Shown here: one piece after another, positions 1 through 10,656 of the stretch
How positions within the stretch are numbered: the stretch's first letter is position 1
Layout of the letters: each line of letters starts with the position of its first letter
NCBI GenBank assembly: GCA_025451235.1
Contig: JANWKT010000013.1
Location: 81,317 to 145,316 of the forward strand
Direction of reading: 5' to 3'
Origin: Flavobacteriales bacterium
Lineage (GTDB): Bacteria > Bacteroidota > Bacteroidia > CAIKAF01
Length of the DNA: 64,000 nucleotides
The notes under the pieces: model-generated
The model's input: only the letters and a program-made list of their open reading frames with translations
What the model was told of the DNA's origin: nothing
Database searches by the model: none
Made by a program: the position numbers and the translations under genes

Positions 1-346
1 GATATGGGCTTTATCCCACCAGGTATATTGCATAAGAACAACCGGGTCATCGTATAAGGTGGGTTTGAGGGGATGGTACATCAGGTTCTTTCCAACCAGG
101 GCATGGAATCTTTCATCCCAGATATTGAGGAAATCGAACAAAAAGGCGCCGAATAAAAAAAGAAAAAAGGAGGAAAGCACTAAAAAGAAAAAAGCTGGCT
201 TCTCTTTTTCCAAAACATGAAATACAATGCTTACGATCAACAAAAGTAGGCCGCATGCAAAAAAAATGGCATTGTATTGTAGGAAGGGATTCAAGGTTGG
301 TGCTAACTATAATTCCACAAGTTATCAATTATTTATTCGATGCTAA

Positions 347-378
347 CAAAAAAGCCTCTTCAGAGAAGAGGCTTTTGT
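347..378 (-). terminator. Bidirectional intrinsic terminator downstream of rpoD
   Basis: Stem agcctcttc (353-361) pairs with gaagaggct (365-373) around a 3 nt loop. A-run upstream and T-run downstream. Sits 20-45 nt past the rpoD stop at 396. Confidence 0.6.
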
Positions 379-395
379 ATCAAATAGATTTTTAT

Positions 396-1265
396 TTACC
401 CTAAATAAGTTCTCAATAATTTGCTTCTGGTACTTTGACGTAAGCGTTTCAAGGCTTTCTCTTTGATCTGGCGAACACGTTCACGGGTCAAATCAAATTT
501 TTCACCGATCTCATCAATGGTAAGTCCATGATTCATACCGATGCCGAAATATAATTTGATGATCTCTTTTTCTCTTTCACTTAGGGTATCCAAGGTCCTT
601 TCAATTTCTTGTTGAAGAGATTCCATGATCAATGATTTATCCGCTTTTGGAGAATCACGGTTTTCCATTACATCATATAAAGTGCTTTCTTCACCGCTGA
701 TCAATGGAGCATCCATAGAGATATGTCGTCCACTGATAGAAATAGAATCTTTTACTTTATCCTCCGGAAGATCAAGGATAGAAGCCAATTCTTCCTCCGT
801 TGGTTCCCTTTCAAATTCCTGCTCCAGTTTAGAGAAGGCTTTGTTGAGTTTATTTAATGAACCCACCTGGTTCAATGGTAAACGAACAATTCTTGAATGC
901 TCAGCAATGGCCTGCAAAATACTTTGACGGATCCACCATACGGCGTATGAAATGAATTTAAAACCACGGGTCTCATCGAAACGCTGGGCAGCTTTTATCA
1001 ATCCTAAATTTCCTTCGTTGATAAGATCGGGTAAGGTCAACCCCTGATTTTGATATTGTTTAGCCACTGACACTACGAAACGTAAGTTGGCTCTGGTGAG
1101 TTTTTCTAAGGCAACCTGGTCACCCTGCTTGATCTTGCGGGCCAGATCTACTTCTTCTTCTGCAGTAATCAACTCCTCTTTTCCTATTTCCTGCAAATAT
1201 TTATCTAAAGAACGGCTTTCGCGGTTTGTAATGGATTTGGTGATCTTTAATTGCCTCATTGACAT
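396..1265 (-). CDS. rpoD: RNA polymerase primary sigma factor, sigma-70 family (Bacteroidetes-type short RpoD/SigA)
   Basis: 289 aa. Region 2 motif '[36 protein letters not shown]'. Region 4 HTH '[30 protein letters not shown]'. Confidence 0.93.
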   Translation of the reverse strand: MSMRQLKITKSITNRESRSLDKYLQEIGKEELITAEEEVDLARKIKQGDQVALEKLTRANLRFVVSVAKQYQNQGLTLPDLINEGNLGLIKAAQRFDETRGFKFISYAVWWIRQSILQAIAEHSRIVRLPLNQVGSLNKLNKAFSKLEQEFEREPTEEELASILDLPEDKVKDSISISGRHISMDAPLISGEESTLYDVMENRDSPKADKSLIMESLQQEIERTLDTLSEREKEIIKLYFGIGMNHGLTIDEIGEKFDLTRERVRQIKEKALKRLRQSTRSKLLRTYLG

Positions 1266-1432
1266 AATTAATCGCGGTATTTTAGGTTAATCAAGAACTA
1301 AAATAAAGGTGCAAAGATAGGCTTTATTGTTATTCCTGTCAAGTTTTTGGGGTAAGAATGTCAGATTTGCCTCGATTTAGCAACTGGCGGGCACCTAAAT
1401 GCCCACCAGGCTAGATCTTTGTGTGCTAATTA

Positions 1433-2917
1433 CTAATTGAAAGAGTAGACGACCTTGTCTCCGGAAGGATAAAAGCCGCTGATAATATAATACCCCTTGG
1501 TATTGCTTTCCAATATCTTGTCGATCTCATCCGGGGAGCTAACCGATTTACCGTTCACCTCAGTTACTATAAAGCCAGGTCTTACCCCTGCACTTCTCAG
1601 CTTTCCTCCAGTTACTTCTGCCACCTGTACCCCATTTTTTATACCCAGTTTATTCATGATACCAGCATCGGCTTCCTCAAAAGAAGCACCTAACAATGAA
1701 TTAATGGTTTCAGGTTTGTTCACCGCCTGGGTATTACCCGATTTATTCTTTAAAACTGCTTTTATGAGCTTCATCTCCCCATTTCTTTTAATGGTAAGCG
1801 TTACTGCATCGCCTGGACGGAAAAGGCCTATATGTTCCTGTAAGCCCGCTACTGTATTGATCTCTGTTTCTTCCACCTTTAGGATCACATCTCCTTGCTG
1901 GATTCCGGCATCTTCGGCGGCACTTCCAGGTGTGGAGCCTTCTACCCAAACCCCTTCGATCTTATCCAGCCCTTTTTTATTGGCAAAGTCCGCATCTATT
2001 TCCCGAATATTTACACCTAAAAGCCCTCTTTGAACGGTACCAAACTCAATCAGATCCATCGCAACCTTTTTTACCAGGTTACTTGGGATGGCAAATGAAT
2101 AGCCCTCATAGGATCCGGTATGGGTTTGAATGGCTGTATTCATGCCCACCAGTTCCCCGTTGGTATTTACCAGAGCTCCTCCGCTGTTTCCAGGGTTAAC
2201 GGCCGCATCAGTTTGAATGAATGACTCAATTTTATAGTTACTTTGGATAATATCAATATTCCTGCCTTTGGCACTTACGATCCCGGCGGTTACCGTTGAG
2301 GTGAGGTTAAATGGATTCCCTACAGCCAGCACCCATTCTCCCACCTTTATATCATCCGAATTGGAGAAGGCAACAAAAGGCATTCCCGTTTCCTGGATCT
2401 TGATCACCGCAATATCAGTCGTGGGATCTGCCCCCACCAACTTACCCTTATAAGTTCGTTTATCATTGAGGGTCACCTCAATTTCATCGGCACCATCGAT
2501 CACATGGTTATTGGTAACAATATATCCGTCATCGGTAATAATAATACCACTGCCACTGCCCATCTGGGGACCATTGTTCTGGAAAGGATTTCCAAAAAAG
2601 AATTGTTCGAATGGATCACTATATCCTGTATTGGTGCGTTTAGAGGCCGTTTTTATATGCACCACAGCATTCACTGTTTTCTCGCTGGCCGGCACAAAGT
2701 CTTTGTTAGTAGGAGGAGTATAACCTCCATCCGTATATCTTACCGGTGCCTGCTGCTCTACGATCTGCACCTTGGTCTTTTGAGGTATTATAAAATGATA
2801 AGCGCCTAATGCCAGCACTCCTCCGGCAAAGGCAGATAGAATGGTTGATACATTTTTGTTCATGGCTATCTTCATTTTTAATAGGTTATCTTTTTTTGAC
2901 TGAAAATCATAACGCAA
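1433..2917 (-). CDS. htrA: Do/DegP/HtrA-family periplasmic serine endoprotease with PDZ domains
   Basis: 494 aa with N-terminal TM/signal. Trypsin-like 'TNNHVIDGADEI' and catalytic Ser motif 'GNSGGALV'. C-terminal PDZ-like repeats. Confidence 0.9.
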   Translation of the reverse strand: MRYDFQSKKDNLLKMKIAMNKNVSTILSAFAGGVLALGAYHFIIPQKTKVQIVEQQAPVRYTDGGYTPPTNKDFVPASEKTVNAVVHIKTASKRTNTGYSDPFEQFFFGNPFQNNGPQMGSGSGIIITDDGYIVTNNHVIDGADEIEVTLNDKRTYKGKLVGADPTTDIAVIKIQETGMPFVAFSNSDDIKVGEWVLAVGNPFNLTSTVTAGIVSAKGRNIDIIQSNYKIESFIQTDAAVNPGNSGGALVNTNGELVGMNTAIQTHTGSYEGYSFAIPSNLVKKVAMDLIEFGTVQRGLLGVNIREIDADFANKKGLDKIEGVWVEGSTPGSAAEDAGIQQGDVILKVEETEINTVAGLQEHIGLFRPGDAVTLTIKRNGEMKLIKAVLKNKSGNTQAVNKPETINSLLGASFEEADAGIMNKLGIKNGVQVAEVTGGKLRSAGVRPGFIVTEVNGKSVSSPDEIDKILESNTKGYYIISGFYPSGDKVVYSFN

Positions 2918-2963
2918 TTTTAAAAAAATAGATATTTTTTTCCTTGTTAATTCTAGTTAACGT

Positions 2964-3785
2964 ATGGGGATATCGCTAACATCACTACTTTTACCGTCTG
3001 TAATGATCAAATTCTCCAAATACCATGGTACCGGTAACGATTTTATTATGATCGATAACCGCCCATTGCTGGCAAAACTTTCTACCGAACAAATTGCCCA
3101 TCTATGCCATCGCAGATTTGGCATTGGGGCTGATGGGTTGATCCTTTTGCAAAATCATGCGGAACTCGATTTTGAGATGATCTATTATAATTCTGATGGA
3201 AAACCTAGCAGCATGTGTGGAAATGGAGGAAGATGCATGGCTGCCTTTGCTGCTCAGATTGGTATTGAAGCCAAGAGCGGGCCGTTAAAATTCATGGCCA
3301 TTGATGGAGTGCATGAGGCAGTATTGGAATCAGAACTCAAGAGTGGTTATAGGGTAAATTTAAAAATGCAGGATGTACATGAGGTGATCCAACGCGAATC
3401 CTATTGTATTTTAAATACCGGTTCTCCACATTTTGTGTTGCTAGCCAAAGACGTAGATCTTATTGATGTCATCCAGAAAGCTCATGCCATCCGATATTCC
3501 GATCAGTTCAAGGAACAAGGCATCAATGTAAACTTTATACAGCAGGCCGATAAGGATATCAAGGTGCGAACTTACGAACGAGGCGTGGAAGATGAAACCT
3601 GGAGTTGTGGAACAGGAGTGGTGGCCAGTGCCATAGCTGCTTATCTTTTTACCGGGAACATCCCTGCACATATTCATACCAAGGGTGGATTATTGGGTGT
3701 AACTTTTACCCCCCAATCCAAGACCCATTTTACCGATATACATTTAATAGGGCCGGCAATAAAAGTTTTCGACGGAAGTTTTTAG
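2964..3785 (+). CDS. dapF: Diaminopimelate epimerase
   Basis: 'FSKYHGTGNDFIMIDNR' together with the catalytic Cys motifs 'MCGNGGRC' and 'SCGTGVVAS'. The true start is probably the internal Met at ~3003 (MIKFSKYHGTGNDF). Confidence 0.9.
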   Translation: MGISLTSLLLPSVMIKFSKYHGTGNDFIMIDNRPLLAKLSTEQIAHLCHRRFGIGADGLILLQNHAELDFEMIYYNSDGKPSSMCGNGGRCMAAFAAQIGIEAKSGPLKFMAIDGVHEAVLESELKSGYRVNLKMQDVHEVIQRESYCILNTGSPHFVLLAKDVDLIDVIQKAHAIRYSDQFKEQGINVNFIQQADKDIKVRTYERGVEDETWSCGTGVVASAIAAYLFTGNIPAHIHTKGGLLGVTFTPQSKTHFTDIHLIGPAIKVFDGSF

Positions 3786-4046
3786 CCCACCCCGATGACC
3801 TTTTCGGACAAGGGCGGACGAACGCTATGCTGCGGGGTACCGTGCGCCTCCTCCATTATTCCTGCACGCATCCCACGGCGCACCAGGCCCGTCTGCCGAT
3901 GCGTTGGCCATACACCTGGGCAGGCCGGCCCTTCGCAGCGCTGCCGCGGTTCCGGCTTTTTTGAACAATGTATTGTTTCAAATAAAATATTCAGGAAACA
4001 GTTTACCTTTAGTACATCCTTATTTTTGTTTCACATTTGATCAACC

Positions 4047-4787
4047 ATGGCTAAAGGCATTTGTTTATATTCCGTTATTCCCTGTAGAGATCAACCATCC
4101 CATCGTTCACAGCAAACAACCCAATTATTGTTTGGTGAAACATATACTGTTTTGGATGAGATGAATGACTTTTTATTGATAGAGTGTGATCACGATGAAT
4201 ACCAGGCATGGATAGCATCCAACCAACACCATGAATGGGAAAAAAAACTGGAATATGTTTTGAACGAAAGTTTATTGCAAACCATTAAGGTAGATAACCA
4301 AACCATGTACGTGCCTATGGGGGCATATATACCCAAAAATAGCTGGAATCTTTTTGGCAAAACCTATACAGCCTCTAATTATACATCCAACCAACTCACT
4401 TCAGTTGAAATTAAACTTAATTACTATTCCCGCTTATTAAACAATACCCCGTATATGTGGGGTGGGAGAACGCCTTTAGGTATGGATTGCTCAGGATTTA
4501 CACAATTAATATACCGAATGCTGGGAATGAATATTAAAAGGGACAGCTCACAACAGGCAGAAATGGGTACAACCATTCATATTATTCATGAAGCACATCC
4601 GGGTGACCTTGCTTTCTTTGATAACGATGAAGGAAGGATTACCCATGTAGGTGTAGTACTGGACCATCAGCATGTAGCGCATGCTTCTGGCTGTGTAAGA
4701 ACCGATAAGGTGGATCATGAAGGTATTTATTCGACCGACTTAAAGAAATACACTCATAAATTACGGCTAATTAAGAGGTTACTCTAA
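4047..4787 (+). CDS. NlpC/P60 (C40) family cell-wall peptidase with N-terminal SH3-like region
   Basis: Catalytic Cys context 'MDCSGFTQLIYRMLG' and His context 'ITHVGVVLDHQHVAHASG'. Confidence 0.85.
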   Translation: MAKGICLYSVIPCRDQPSHRSQQTTQLLFGETYTVLDEMNDFLLIECDHDEYQAWIASNQHHEWEKKLEYVLNESLLQTIKVDNQTMYVPMGAYIPKNSWNLFGKTYTASNYTSNQLTSVEIKLNYYSRLLNNTPYMWGGRTPLGMDCSGFTQLIYRMLGMNIKRDSSQQAEMGTTIHIIHEAHPGDLAFFDNDEGRITHVGVVLDHQHVAHASGCVRTDKVDHEGIYSTDLKKYTHKLRLIKRLL

Positions 4788-4865
4788 ACAAGACCCAGTA
4801 TTCGTCTGGCGCAGGCTTTTCATTCTTTTTTCTTTTATATTTGATTACCACTTAATCAAAAAACC

Positions 4866-5441
4866 ATGCCCCGAGAAAAAGATTTTGACCAGCAGGCGGT
4901 TGTAAAAAAATGTATCGACTTATTTGCCCATCATGGGTACAGTGCTACAGGTATTCAAGAGATAGTAGATAATACAGGTATCAACCGCAGTAGTTTGTAT
5001 TCAACTTTTAAAGGAAAGGATGAATTATTCCTGACCTGTTTAAAAAAGGTCATGCAGGAAGAAATACTGTCGTTAGAGGCCCTGCAAAAAAAACTTTCAC
5101 CCATTAAATTGATCGATGCCTACCTGGCATCCGTTACCAAGGATAAGGCCGGCTACCATTTATTAAAATTTGCTACCGCCGAATTCAAACTTCTGAATAA
5201 AAGGTCGCAAACAGCTATTAATGCCCATTACCAATGGAAACAGACCTTTTTTGAAGGGGTCTTGATGCAAGCTCAAAAAAACGGCAAACTCAGCAAGAAA
5301 ATAGAGGTCGGCGATATGGTTTCCTTACTCGAATTGATTGTTCAGGGAGTACAGAATTTTTCGCATCTCAACAATGCCGATAGGCTATATAAAAAGCCAT
5401 CCATCAGGTTTTCAAAACTTATTCAACGGAAAAAGGCCTAA
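4866..5441 (+). CDS. TetR/AcrR family transcriptional regulator
   Basis: N-terminal HTH 'GYSATGIQEIVDNTGINRSSLYSTFKGKDELF'. 191 aa. Confidence 0.85.
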   Translation: MPREKDFDQQAVVKKCIDLFAHHGYSATGIQEIVDNTGINRSSLYSTFKGKDELFLTCLKKVMQEEILSLEALQKKLSPIKLIDAYLASVTKDKAGYHLLKFATAEFKLLNKRSQTAINAHYQWKQTFFEGVLMQAQKNGKLSKKIEVGDMVSLLELIVQGVQNFSHLNNADRLYKKPSIRFSKLIQRKKA

Positions 5442-5760
5442 AAAGTAAAGACCTATTGGCCAATTGCTATACTATCGGGCATCAGACCGATGGCCTGATG
5501 AAGGAATTCGACAAAAAAGAGCTAAGTGTCAAAAAATCAACCGAAAACAAGGCCAACAATTGGATTTTCCATAAAAAGCAAATCCCCTCTTGTGGAGGGG
5601 ATCGCTTGAGTCCTGTTATTCACAGGCACCCTAACCTAAACCTTATGAAAAAGACATTAGTTAGACTAATGCATAGCAAATGTATTATATTTTTTGAATT
5701 TAAAAACAAAATTTGTTTAAGATTAGAGTAACTTAAGTAAAAATTAATTTCTTTTAAGGG

Positions 5761-6189
5761 TCAGGGCTGATTTGACTGCTGGGAAAGATCTGGAGGAGGA
5801 GGGGGAGCCTGGGTTTTTTTCTTTCTGAATAACAGGAGCTTGCTGAGGGCCATTACCAGAGAGCTGATCATGATAACATAGAGTCCATATTTCATTTGAA
5901 TATCTGGGTCCACGGTCATAGAGGCCCGAATCTCCAGGTACTGGTAAACACTTATAATAAGCATCGCAAATCCCAACAGAATGTTCCATTTGAAATTGGC
6001 AAACAACAACAATACATATAATATAATAAGGATAGCCATGATCCAGCCTAAAGGCTCAAGAGTGCCATTCACCAGATCTATCTTGGTTTGCTTCCAGGGT
6101 AAGAAAATCCCTACAAAGCTGGCACAAGCCGCCAGCAAACCAATTGGTCCCAGTTTATTGACCTTAAATAATTTTACAATATTGGCCAT
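5761..6189 (-). CDS. Hypothetical membrane protein with Pro-rich C-terminus
   Basis: 142 aa with three predicted TM helices. Tail 'KKKTQAPPPPPDLSQQ'. Confidence 0.5.
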   Translation of the reverse strand: MANIVKLFKVNKLGPIGLLAACASFVGIFLPWKQTKIDLVNGTLEPLGWIMAILIILYVLLLFANFKWNILLGFAMLIISVYQYLEIRASMTVDPDIQMKYGLYVIMISSLVMALSKLLLFRKKKTQAPPPPPDLSQQSNQP

Positions 6190-6241
6190 AATCCTTCAAC
6201 TCGTATAAAGTTATAAATTTACTGAATAATTTCAATTTTAC

Positions 6242-6673
6242 ATGCGTTCATCAATTGAAGTGAAAAAATCCTTCTTTTTAAGGTTCTTGCTATGGACCGT
6301 CTTTTTAGGGAATGTATATCTATTGTTTCAAAGTGTTTTTCATTCATTGAATATTCACGGCATCGATGACTATTTTCGTTGGTATGCATTTAATACCCCC
6401 CCCCTTTATAATCTTTTGCTCGTTGTTTCATCCACATTCACCCTGTTGGGGGCCTATGCTGTTTATATGAAAGGCAAGCCTGGTTTTCGAATCTATTTTT
6501 TCGGAAAACTGCTGGCTGTTTTGGCCCTGTTCATTATTACGAAGAAGGAGTATGAGCTAAGTGGCCTTGATTACCCTTACATTCTTCTACCTATATTGGT
6601 CTTCATAGAATTGCTCTATCCAATGATTATATCTATATCTTTGCGCAAAGTTTTGCGAAAACAAGCAGGGTAA
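6242..6673 (+). CDS. Hypothetical integral membrane protein
   Basis: 143 aa with 3-4 hydrophobic helices. Contains a 9 nt poly-C tract at 6396-6404. Confidence 0.5.
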   Translation: MRSSIEVKKSFFLRFLLWTVFLGNVYLLFQSVFHSLNIHGIDDYFRWYAFNTPPLYNLLLVVSSTFTLLGAYAVYMKGKPGFRIYFFGKLLAVLALFIITKKEYELSGLDYPYILLPILVFIELLYPMIISISLRKVLRKQAG

Positions 6674-6680
6674 AATTTCA

Positions 6681-7109
6681 ATGAAAAGACCAACTTCATT
6701 CACCATCTACAATATAATAGTTTGGGTTACCAAGTTTATTCCGTTGATTGCGGTCTACCAGTTTTTTGCCTATATCAATCAGCCGGGCCAATTGGATTTT
6801 TATCTAGGCCTTGGACTCAGGGATATCCGTGACTATCTATATGTATATGTAGGAGCTAGTTTTTTAACTTTGATCACAACGGTTTTTTTGTTTTTCAGAA
6901 AGAAGATTGCTCTTAATATTTATATTTTTTTAAAAACGGTGGAAGTACATTGCTTGATCATGGCTTTACCAACATTGGTATATGGTTTGCAAAGAGGGTT
7001 AGGAATTAAACATGGGTTTACTTTTCATTTTTCAGCATGGGCATTCATCATCTCTACCAATCTCATTTTTCCCTTGATATATTATACATATAAAAAGCAA
7101 CTCAAATGA
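6681..7109 (+). CDS. Hypothetical integral membrane protein
   Basis: 142 aa with multiple TM helices. Its stop overlaps the next start (ATGA), which suggests co-transcription with the downstream GATase gene. Confidence 0.5.
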   Translation: MKRPTSFTIYNIIVWVTKFIPLIAVYQFFAYINQPGQLDFYLGLGLRDIRDYLYVYVGASFLTLITTVFLFFRKKIALNIYIFLKTVEVHCLIMALPTLVYGLQRGLGIKHGFTFHFSAWAFIISTNLIFPLIYYTYKKQLK

Positions 7110-7681
7110 AAGTAGGTATCGTAGATAATTACGATTCTTTTACCTATAACCTTGTACATTATTTGGAGGAGATTGCTGGAGAACGGCCTTTTGTTTGCAT
7201 GAATGACCAGATTGATTGGAACACATTGGATGTTTGTACTCATCTTGTTTTATCGCCCGGACCTGGCCTTCCGAATGGATCAGGAGAGCTGATGAAGACC
7301 ATCGACAAATATCATCTTCATAAAAATATACTGGGAGTTTGTTTGGGGATGCAAGCGGTTGGAGAATTTTTTGGAGCAGAGCTAAAAAACCTGGCGGAAG
7401 TGCAACATGGAGTCCAGGCAAAAATATTTATTGAAAAGGCGGCGAAAGATCCTTTGTACAAAAATTTCCCGGATACAATCGAAGTGGGAAGGTACCATTC
7501 ATGGGTGGTGGATGAAAAAAAAATCCCTGATTCCTTGTGTATTACTTCGAAGGATCAGGAAGGAAATATCATGTCATTGAAGCATGTTTCTCTAGCAATT
7601 CATGGGGTTCAATATCATCCTGAATCCATTATGACATCTTATGGGAAGCGGATCTTGGAAAACTGGTTAAGGTATACCTAA
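7106..7681 (+). CDS. pabA: Class I glutamine amidotransferase: anthranilate / aminodeoxychorismate synthase component II
   Basis: 'MKVGIVDNYDSFTYNLVHYL', catalytic Cys in 'GVCLGMQAV', and 'HGVQYHPES'. 191 aa. Confidence 0.85.
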   Translation: MKVGIVDNYDSFTYNLVHYLEEIAGERPFVCMNDQIDWNTLDVCTHLVLSPGPGLPNGSGELMKTIDKYHLHKNILGVCLGMQAVGEFFGAELKNLAEVQHGVQAKIFIEKAAKDPLYKNFPDTIEVGRYHSWVVDEKKIPDSLCITSKDQEGNIMSLKHVSLAIHGVQYHPESIMTSYGKRILENWLRYT

Positions 7682-8124
7682 TTGTCTGGCAAAACTTCCT
7701 GCCTTTTTGAAAGCGGATACACATTAAAAGTACCGATAGCTATGGCAGCAACCGCGTTGCTGGCCTGTTTATATATTTTGCCGGAGGATACAATGGTGCT
7801 TTTTCCGACGAAATCAATTTTCCCTTCACCCACCAATACATCCCCTAAATTTACCGGTTGGAGATAGTTGATCTTAAATTCCACTGTACTTACCAGGTTA
7901 TTTTCTTCAAAAGCTTTAGACAATGCTGCAGTTCCTATCACTGAATCCATTAATCCAGCAATAACTCCACCGTGACATGTATTGGGGGAGCTTAAATGTT
8001 TTTCCTGAACTACCATTTTATAAATAATATGGCCCGGTTCAAGAATATCTAATTGCATTCCATTGTCGGCACCATATTTATTGATATGGTTATAATGTTT
8101 GATCATTTCCATCCACTTCTCCAT
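7678..8124 (-). CDS. PaaI/YbgC-type hotdog-fold thioesterase
   Basis: 'HGGVIAGLMDSVIGTAA' motif. 148 aa. Confidence 0.75.
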   Translation of the reverse strand: MEKWMEMIKHYNHINKYGADNGMQLDILEPGHIIYKMVVQEKHLSSPNTCHGGVIAGLMDSVIGTAALSKAFEENNLVSTVEFKINYLQPVNLGDVLVGEGKIDFVGKSTIVSSGKIYKQASNAVAAIAIGTFNVYPLSKRQEVLPDN

Positions 8125-8134
8125 TCAAAAAAAT

Positions 8135-9418
8135 CTATTGATTATTAAGGATTTTTGTCAAACTGGCTACCAGTAGGTCCAGTTCATATTCATTGTTGTA
8201 AATGCTAGGAGAGATCCGTATGCCGGCAATGTCATGAATTGTGCAGTTCGCAACTACAATACTTTCCTCACTTAAAAGTCTGTTCACGGCCACCTGGGTA
8301 TCTACATTTTTTAAACCAATGGTTACAATCGAGCCGGATAAGCTAGGCGATTGTGGTGTGTAAATTTGAATATTGGGATGGTTTTTTACCTGGTCGAGCC
8401 AATAGTTTTTCAGGTAATTTAACCGGGTAATTTTATTTTCGAAAGTAATATAATCATGAAAATCCAATGCATGTGCAAGGGCAAACTCCGCGGTAGAATT
8501 TCTGGTACCATGGTCGTCAAATTTTAGCATGGTCTTTTCAAATTTGGGATTGGGAGAAAAATAGGAGGGAAGATCCAGGATTCTGTCTTTCTTGATATAT
8601 AAAAGACCGGTTCCAATAGGGCCATGCAGCCATTTATGAACACTCATTCCTGCAAAGTCACATTGAAGCTCCTGCATGTCAATCTTCATGTGGCCAAAAG
8701 ATTGAGTAGGGTCAAGAATAACTGTGATCCCTCTTTTTTTTGCCTCAGCGGCTATCTTTGCCGCCGGTAATAACTGCCCCGTCCAGTTGATCATGTGGGT
8801 GATGTAAACCACCTTAGTATTCTTGTTAAAAAGAGATACATATTTATCCACCATTTTCTGTTCGTCGTTTTCCGGGAATACCAGATCTACATAATTCAAT
8901 TTAATATGCTGGTCCTTTACTTTTTGTTCCCAAACAGAAACCATTCTAGGATAATCATACTTGCAAAGCACCACCTCATCACCTTTTGAAAGCTTGAGCT
9001 GATTGACAATAATGCTAAGCGCCTCTGTGGCATTTCGAACAACCGTCAACTCTTCGTAAGAGCAGTTTATAAAATCACCCAGCCGTTTTTTTACATTATC
9101 CCTGCCAGCTTCCAACACCCTCCAGAGTGTATGACTGGGAGCTTCGTTGGCCATTTCCATCATTCGATACCATGCCTCCCTAACAACCAGCGGAGATGGA
9201 GAAACACCTGCATTGTTTAAATAAACATACGAAGGAGAAGCGCTGAATTGCATTCGTACCCAACCCCATAAATCATCACCTGCGGGTGGGAAGCTATCAT
9301 AATCAAGCCCATCAAACTTGATCGGATCGTTTTTTGCAAAAACCGACAATGCAGGAGCTGCTATACTTGCAGATGCAAGAAGTGACAACTTTTTAAGAAA
9401 ACTGCGTCTGTCCGCCAT
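8135..9418 (-). CDS. Aminotransferase class V-fold PLP-dependent enzyme (cysteine desulfurase / isopenicillin-N epimerase-like) with Tat signal
   Basis: Twin-arginine leader 'MADRRSFLKKLSLLASASIAAPALSVFA'. PLP-Lys motif 'SVHKWLHGPIGTGLLYI'. Confidence 0.8.
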   Translation of the reverse strand: MADRRSFLKKLSLLASASIAAPALSVFAKNDPIKFDGLDYDSFPPAGDDLWGWVRMQFSASPSYVYLNNAGVSPSPLVVREAWYRMMEMANEAPSHTLWRVLEAGRDNVKKRLGDFINCSYEELTVVRNATEALSIIVNQLKLSKGDEVVLCKYDYPRMVSVWEQKVKDQHIKLNYVDLVFPENDEQKMVDKYVSLFNKNTKVVYITHMINWTGQLLPAAKIAAEAKKRGITVILDPTQSFGHMKIDMQELQCDFAGMSVHKWLHGPIGTGLLYIKKDRILDLPSYFSPNPKFEKTMLKFDDHGTRNSTAEFALAHALDFHDYITFENKITRLNYLKNYWLDQVKNHPNIQIYTPQSPSLSGSIVTIGLKNVDTQVAVNRLLSEESIVVANCTIHDIAGIRISPSIYNNEYELDLLVASLTKILNNQ

Positions 9419-9480
9419 TTTTGCTTTTTTACAAAATTATGAAAAGCAAAAACCTAACCAAAACATGCAACAGGGCCCTT

Positions 9481-10587
9481 CTACCTGGAAAGATAAAAGT
9501 CAGCCATAATAGGATAATGGTCCGTGGTGCTTTGAGGATATACTTTGAACCTTTTACAATCGAAATCAGAAGTGTGAAAAATATAATCAATTCGTAACAT
9601 AGGGAGGTTGCCATTATAGGTTGCACCAATGCCAGAGCCTGATTCGATAAAAGCATCCCTATATTTCCTATTCATGATCCTATAGGTATATGACATCGGA
9701 ACATCGTTAAAATCACCGGCAATAATGGTGGAATAGGGAGATCTTTTTAGATGATTGGCCAGGATATTTACTTGCTCATATCTCCTTTTATAACCATTTT
9801 TTAATTTTTTCATCCACTTTTTAGCGAAAAAAATCGACTTTTCGCTGGTATTCATGATGCTATCTACCTCATTCGTGTTAAGATGGTTAGAGGCCAGATG
9901 GACATTATAAACCCGAATGGTATCTTTTTTAATCAATAAATCTGTGTAAATAACCAGGTTTGTTCGATTTTTTGTGCTATCAATGGTAATATAACCACTA
10001 TGTAAAATAGGGAACTTGCTGAACGTAGCCAGACCAAATTCCTGGTTATTATATTTCACCACACCTGCTTCGAAATGCATCGTATGTTCAGGCAATATTT
10101 CCTTCATTTTTTCTGTGGTGATAAATTCCTGGTTCCTGGTTTGAAAATATTCCTGAAAGCAATACACATCCGCATCATTTTTTGAAATAAAGTCGATGAT
10201 CTTATCTCTTTGTATTTCATTTTTTTTCCAATCATAGTATTTAAACAACTGGATATTATAACTCATCACCCGTATACGATCGTTTTTGGTATCTCCAGGT
10301 GAGGGCAAATGAAAAGCAAACATCTTTGAATGATAAGAAAGACCGATTAAAATGGCGACCAGACTTACCAACGAATACTTCCACTTAATAAAGATCCAGA
10401 TAATGATGATGGCAAGGTTGGCAATGAGCCAAATATAATAACCAAGCCCAAGCAATGAGATAAACCAGTAATCGGATGGGTTAATAAAATAAGCTGAATA
10501 ACAACCGAATAATCCCAGCAGAAAAATAATATTTACGGTTATTAATATTCCCTTAATAAATTTCAAAATCCCTCCATTTGTTAACAA
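9481..10587 (-). CDS. Endonuclease/exonuclease/phosphatase (EEP) family membrane protein
   Basis: Four N-terminal TM helices. EEP motifs 'RVMSYNIQLF', 'DADVYCFQE' and 'IAGDFNDVP'. Confidence 0.8.
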   Translation of the reverse strand: MLTNGGILKFIKGILITVNIIFLLGLFGCYSAYFINPSDYWFISLLGLGYYIWLIANLAIIIIWIFIKWKYSLVSLVAILIGLSYHSKMFAFHLPSPGDTKNDRIRVMSYNIQLFKYYDWKKNEIQRDKIIDFISKNDADVYCFQEYFQTRNQEFITTEKMKEILPEHTMHFEAGVVKYNNQEFGLATFSKFPILHSGYITIDSTKNRTNLVIYTDLLIKKDTIRVYNVHLASNHLNTNEVDSIMNTSEKSIFFAKKWMKKLKNGYKRRYEQVNILANHLKRSPYSTIIAGDFNDVPMSYTYRIMNRKYRDAFIESGSGIGATYNGNLPMLRIDYIFHTSDFDCKRFKVYPQSTTDHYPIMADFYLSR

Positions 10588-10656
10588 ATTTCACCAAACC
10601 TTTTATATATTTCTGATGTTTTTGGGTAATATTGTAAACGTTGAAAAGTTAAAAAA

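Noticed and set aside
113-328. 71-aa minus-strand ORF at the window start
   Set aside because: Low-complexity sequence derived from an A/T-rich stretch. It sits between the rpoD terminator and a possible plus-strand gene end at 57. No recognisable domain.
5456-5731. 91-aa ORF downstream of the TetR gene
   Set aside because: No start-context or domain support. It sits in a 320-bp intergenic region with stop codons in the neighbouring frames. Likely spurious.
7507-7516. A10 homopolymer inside the pabA-like gene
   Set aside because: In-frame (encodes EKKI) within a conserved housekeeping gene. No evidence of a frameshift. Listed only as a possible sequencing-error site.
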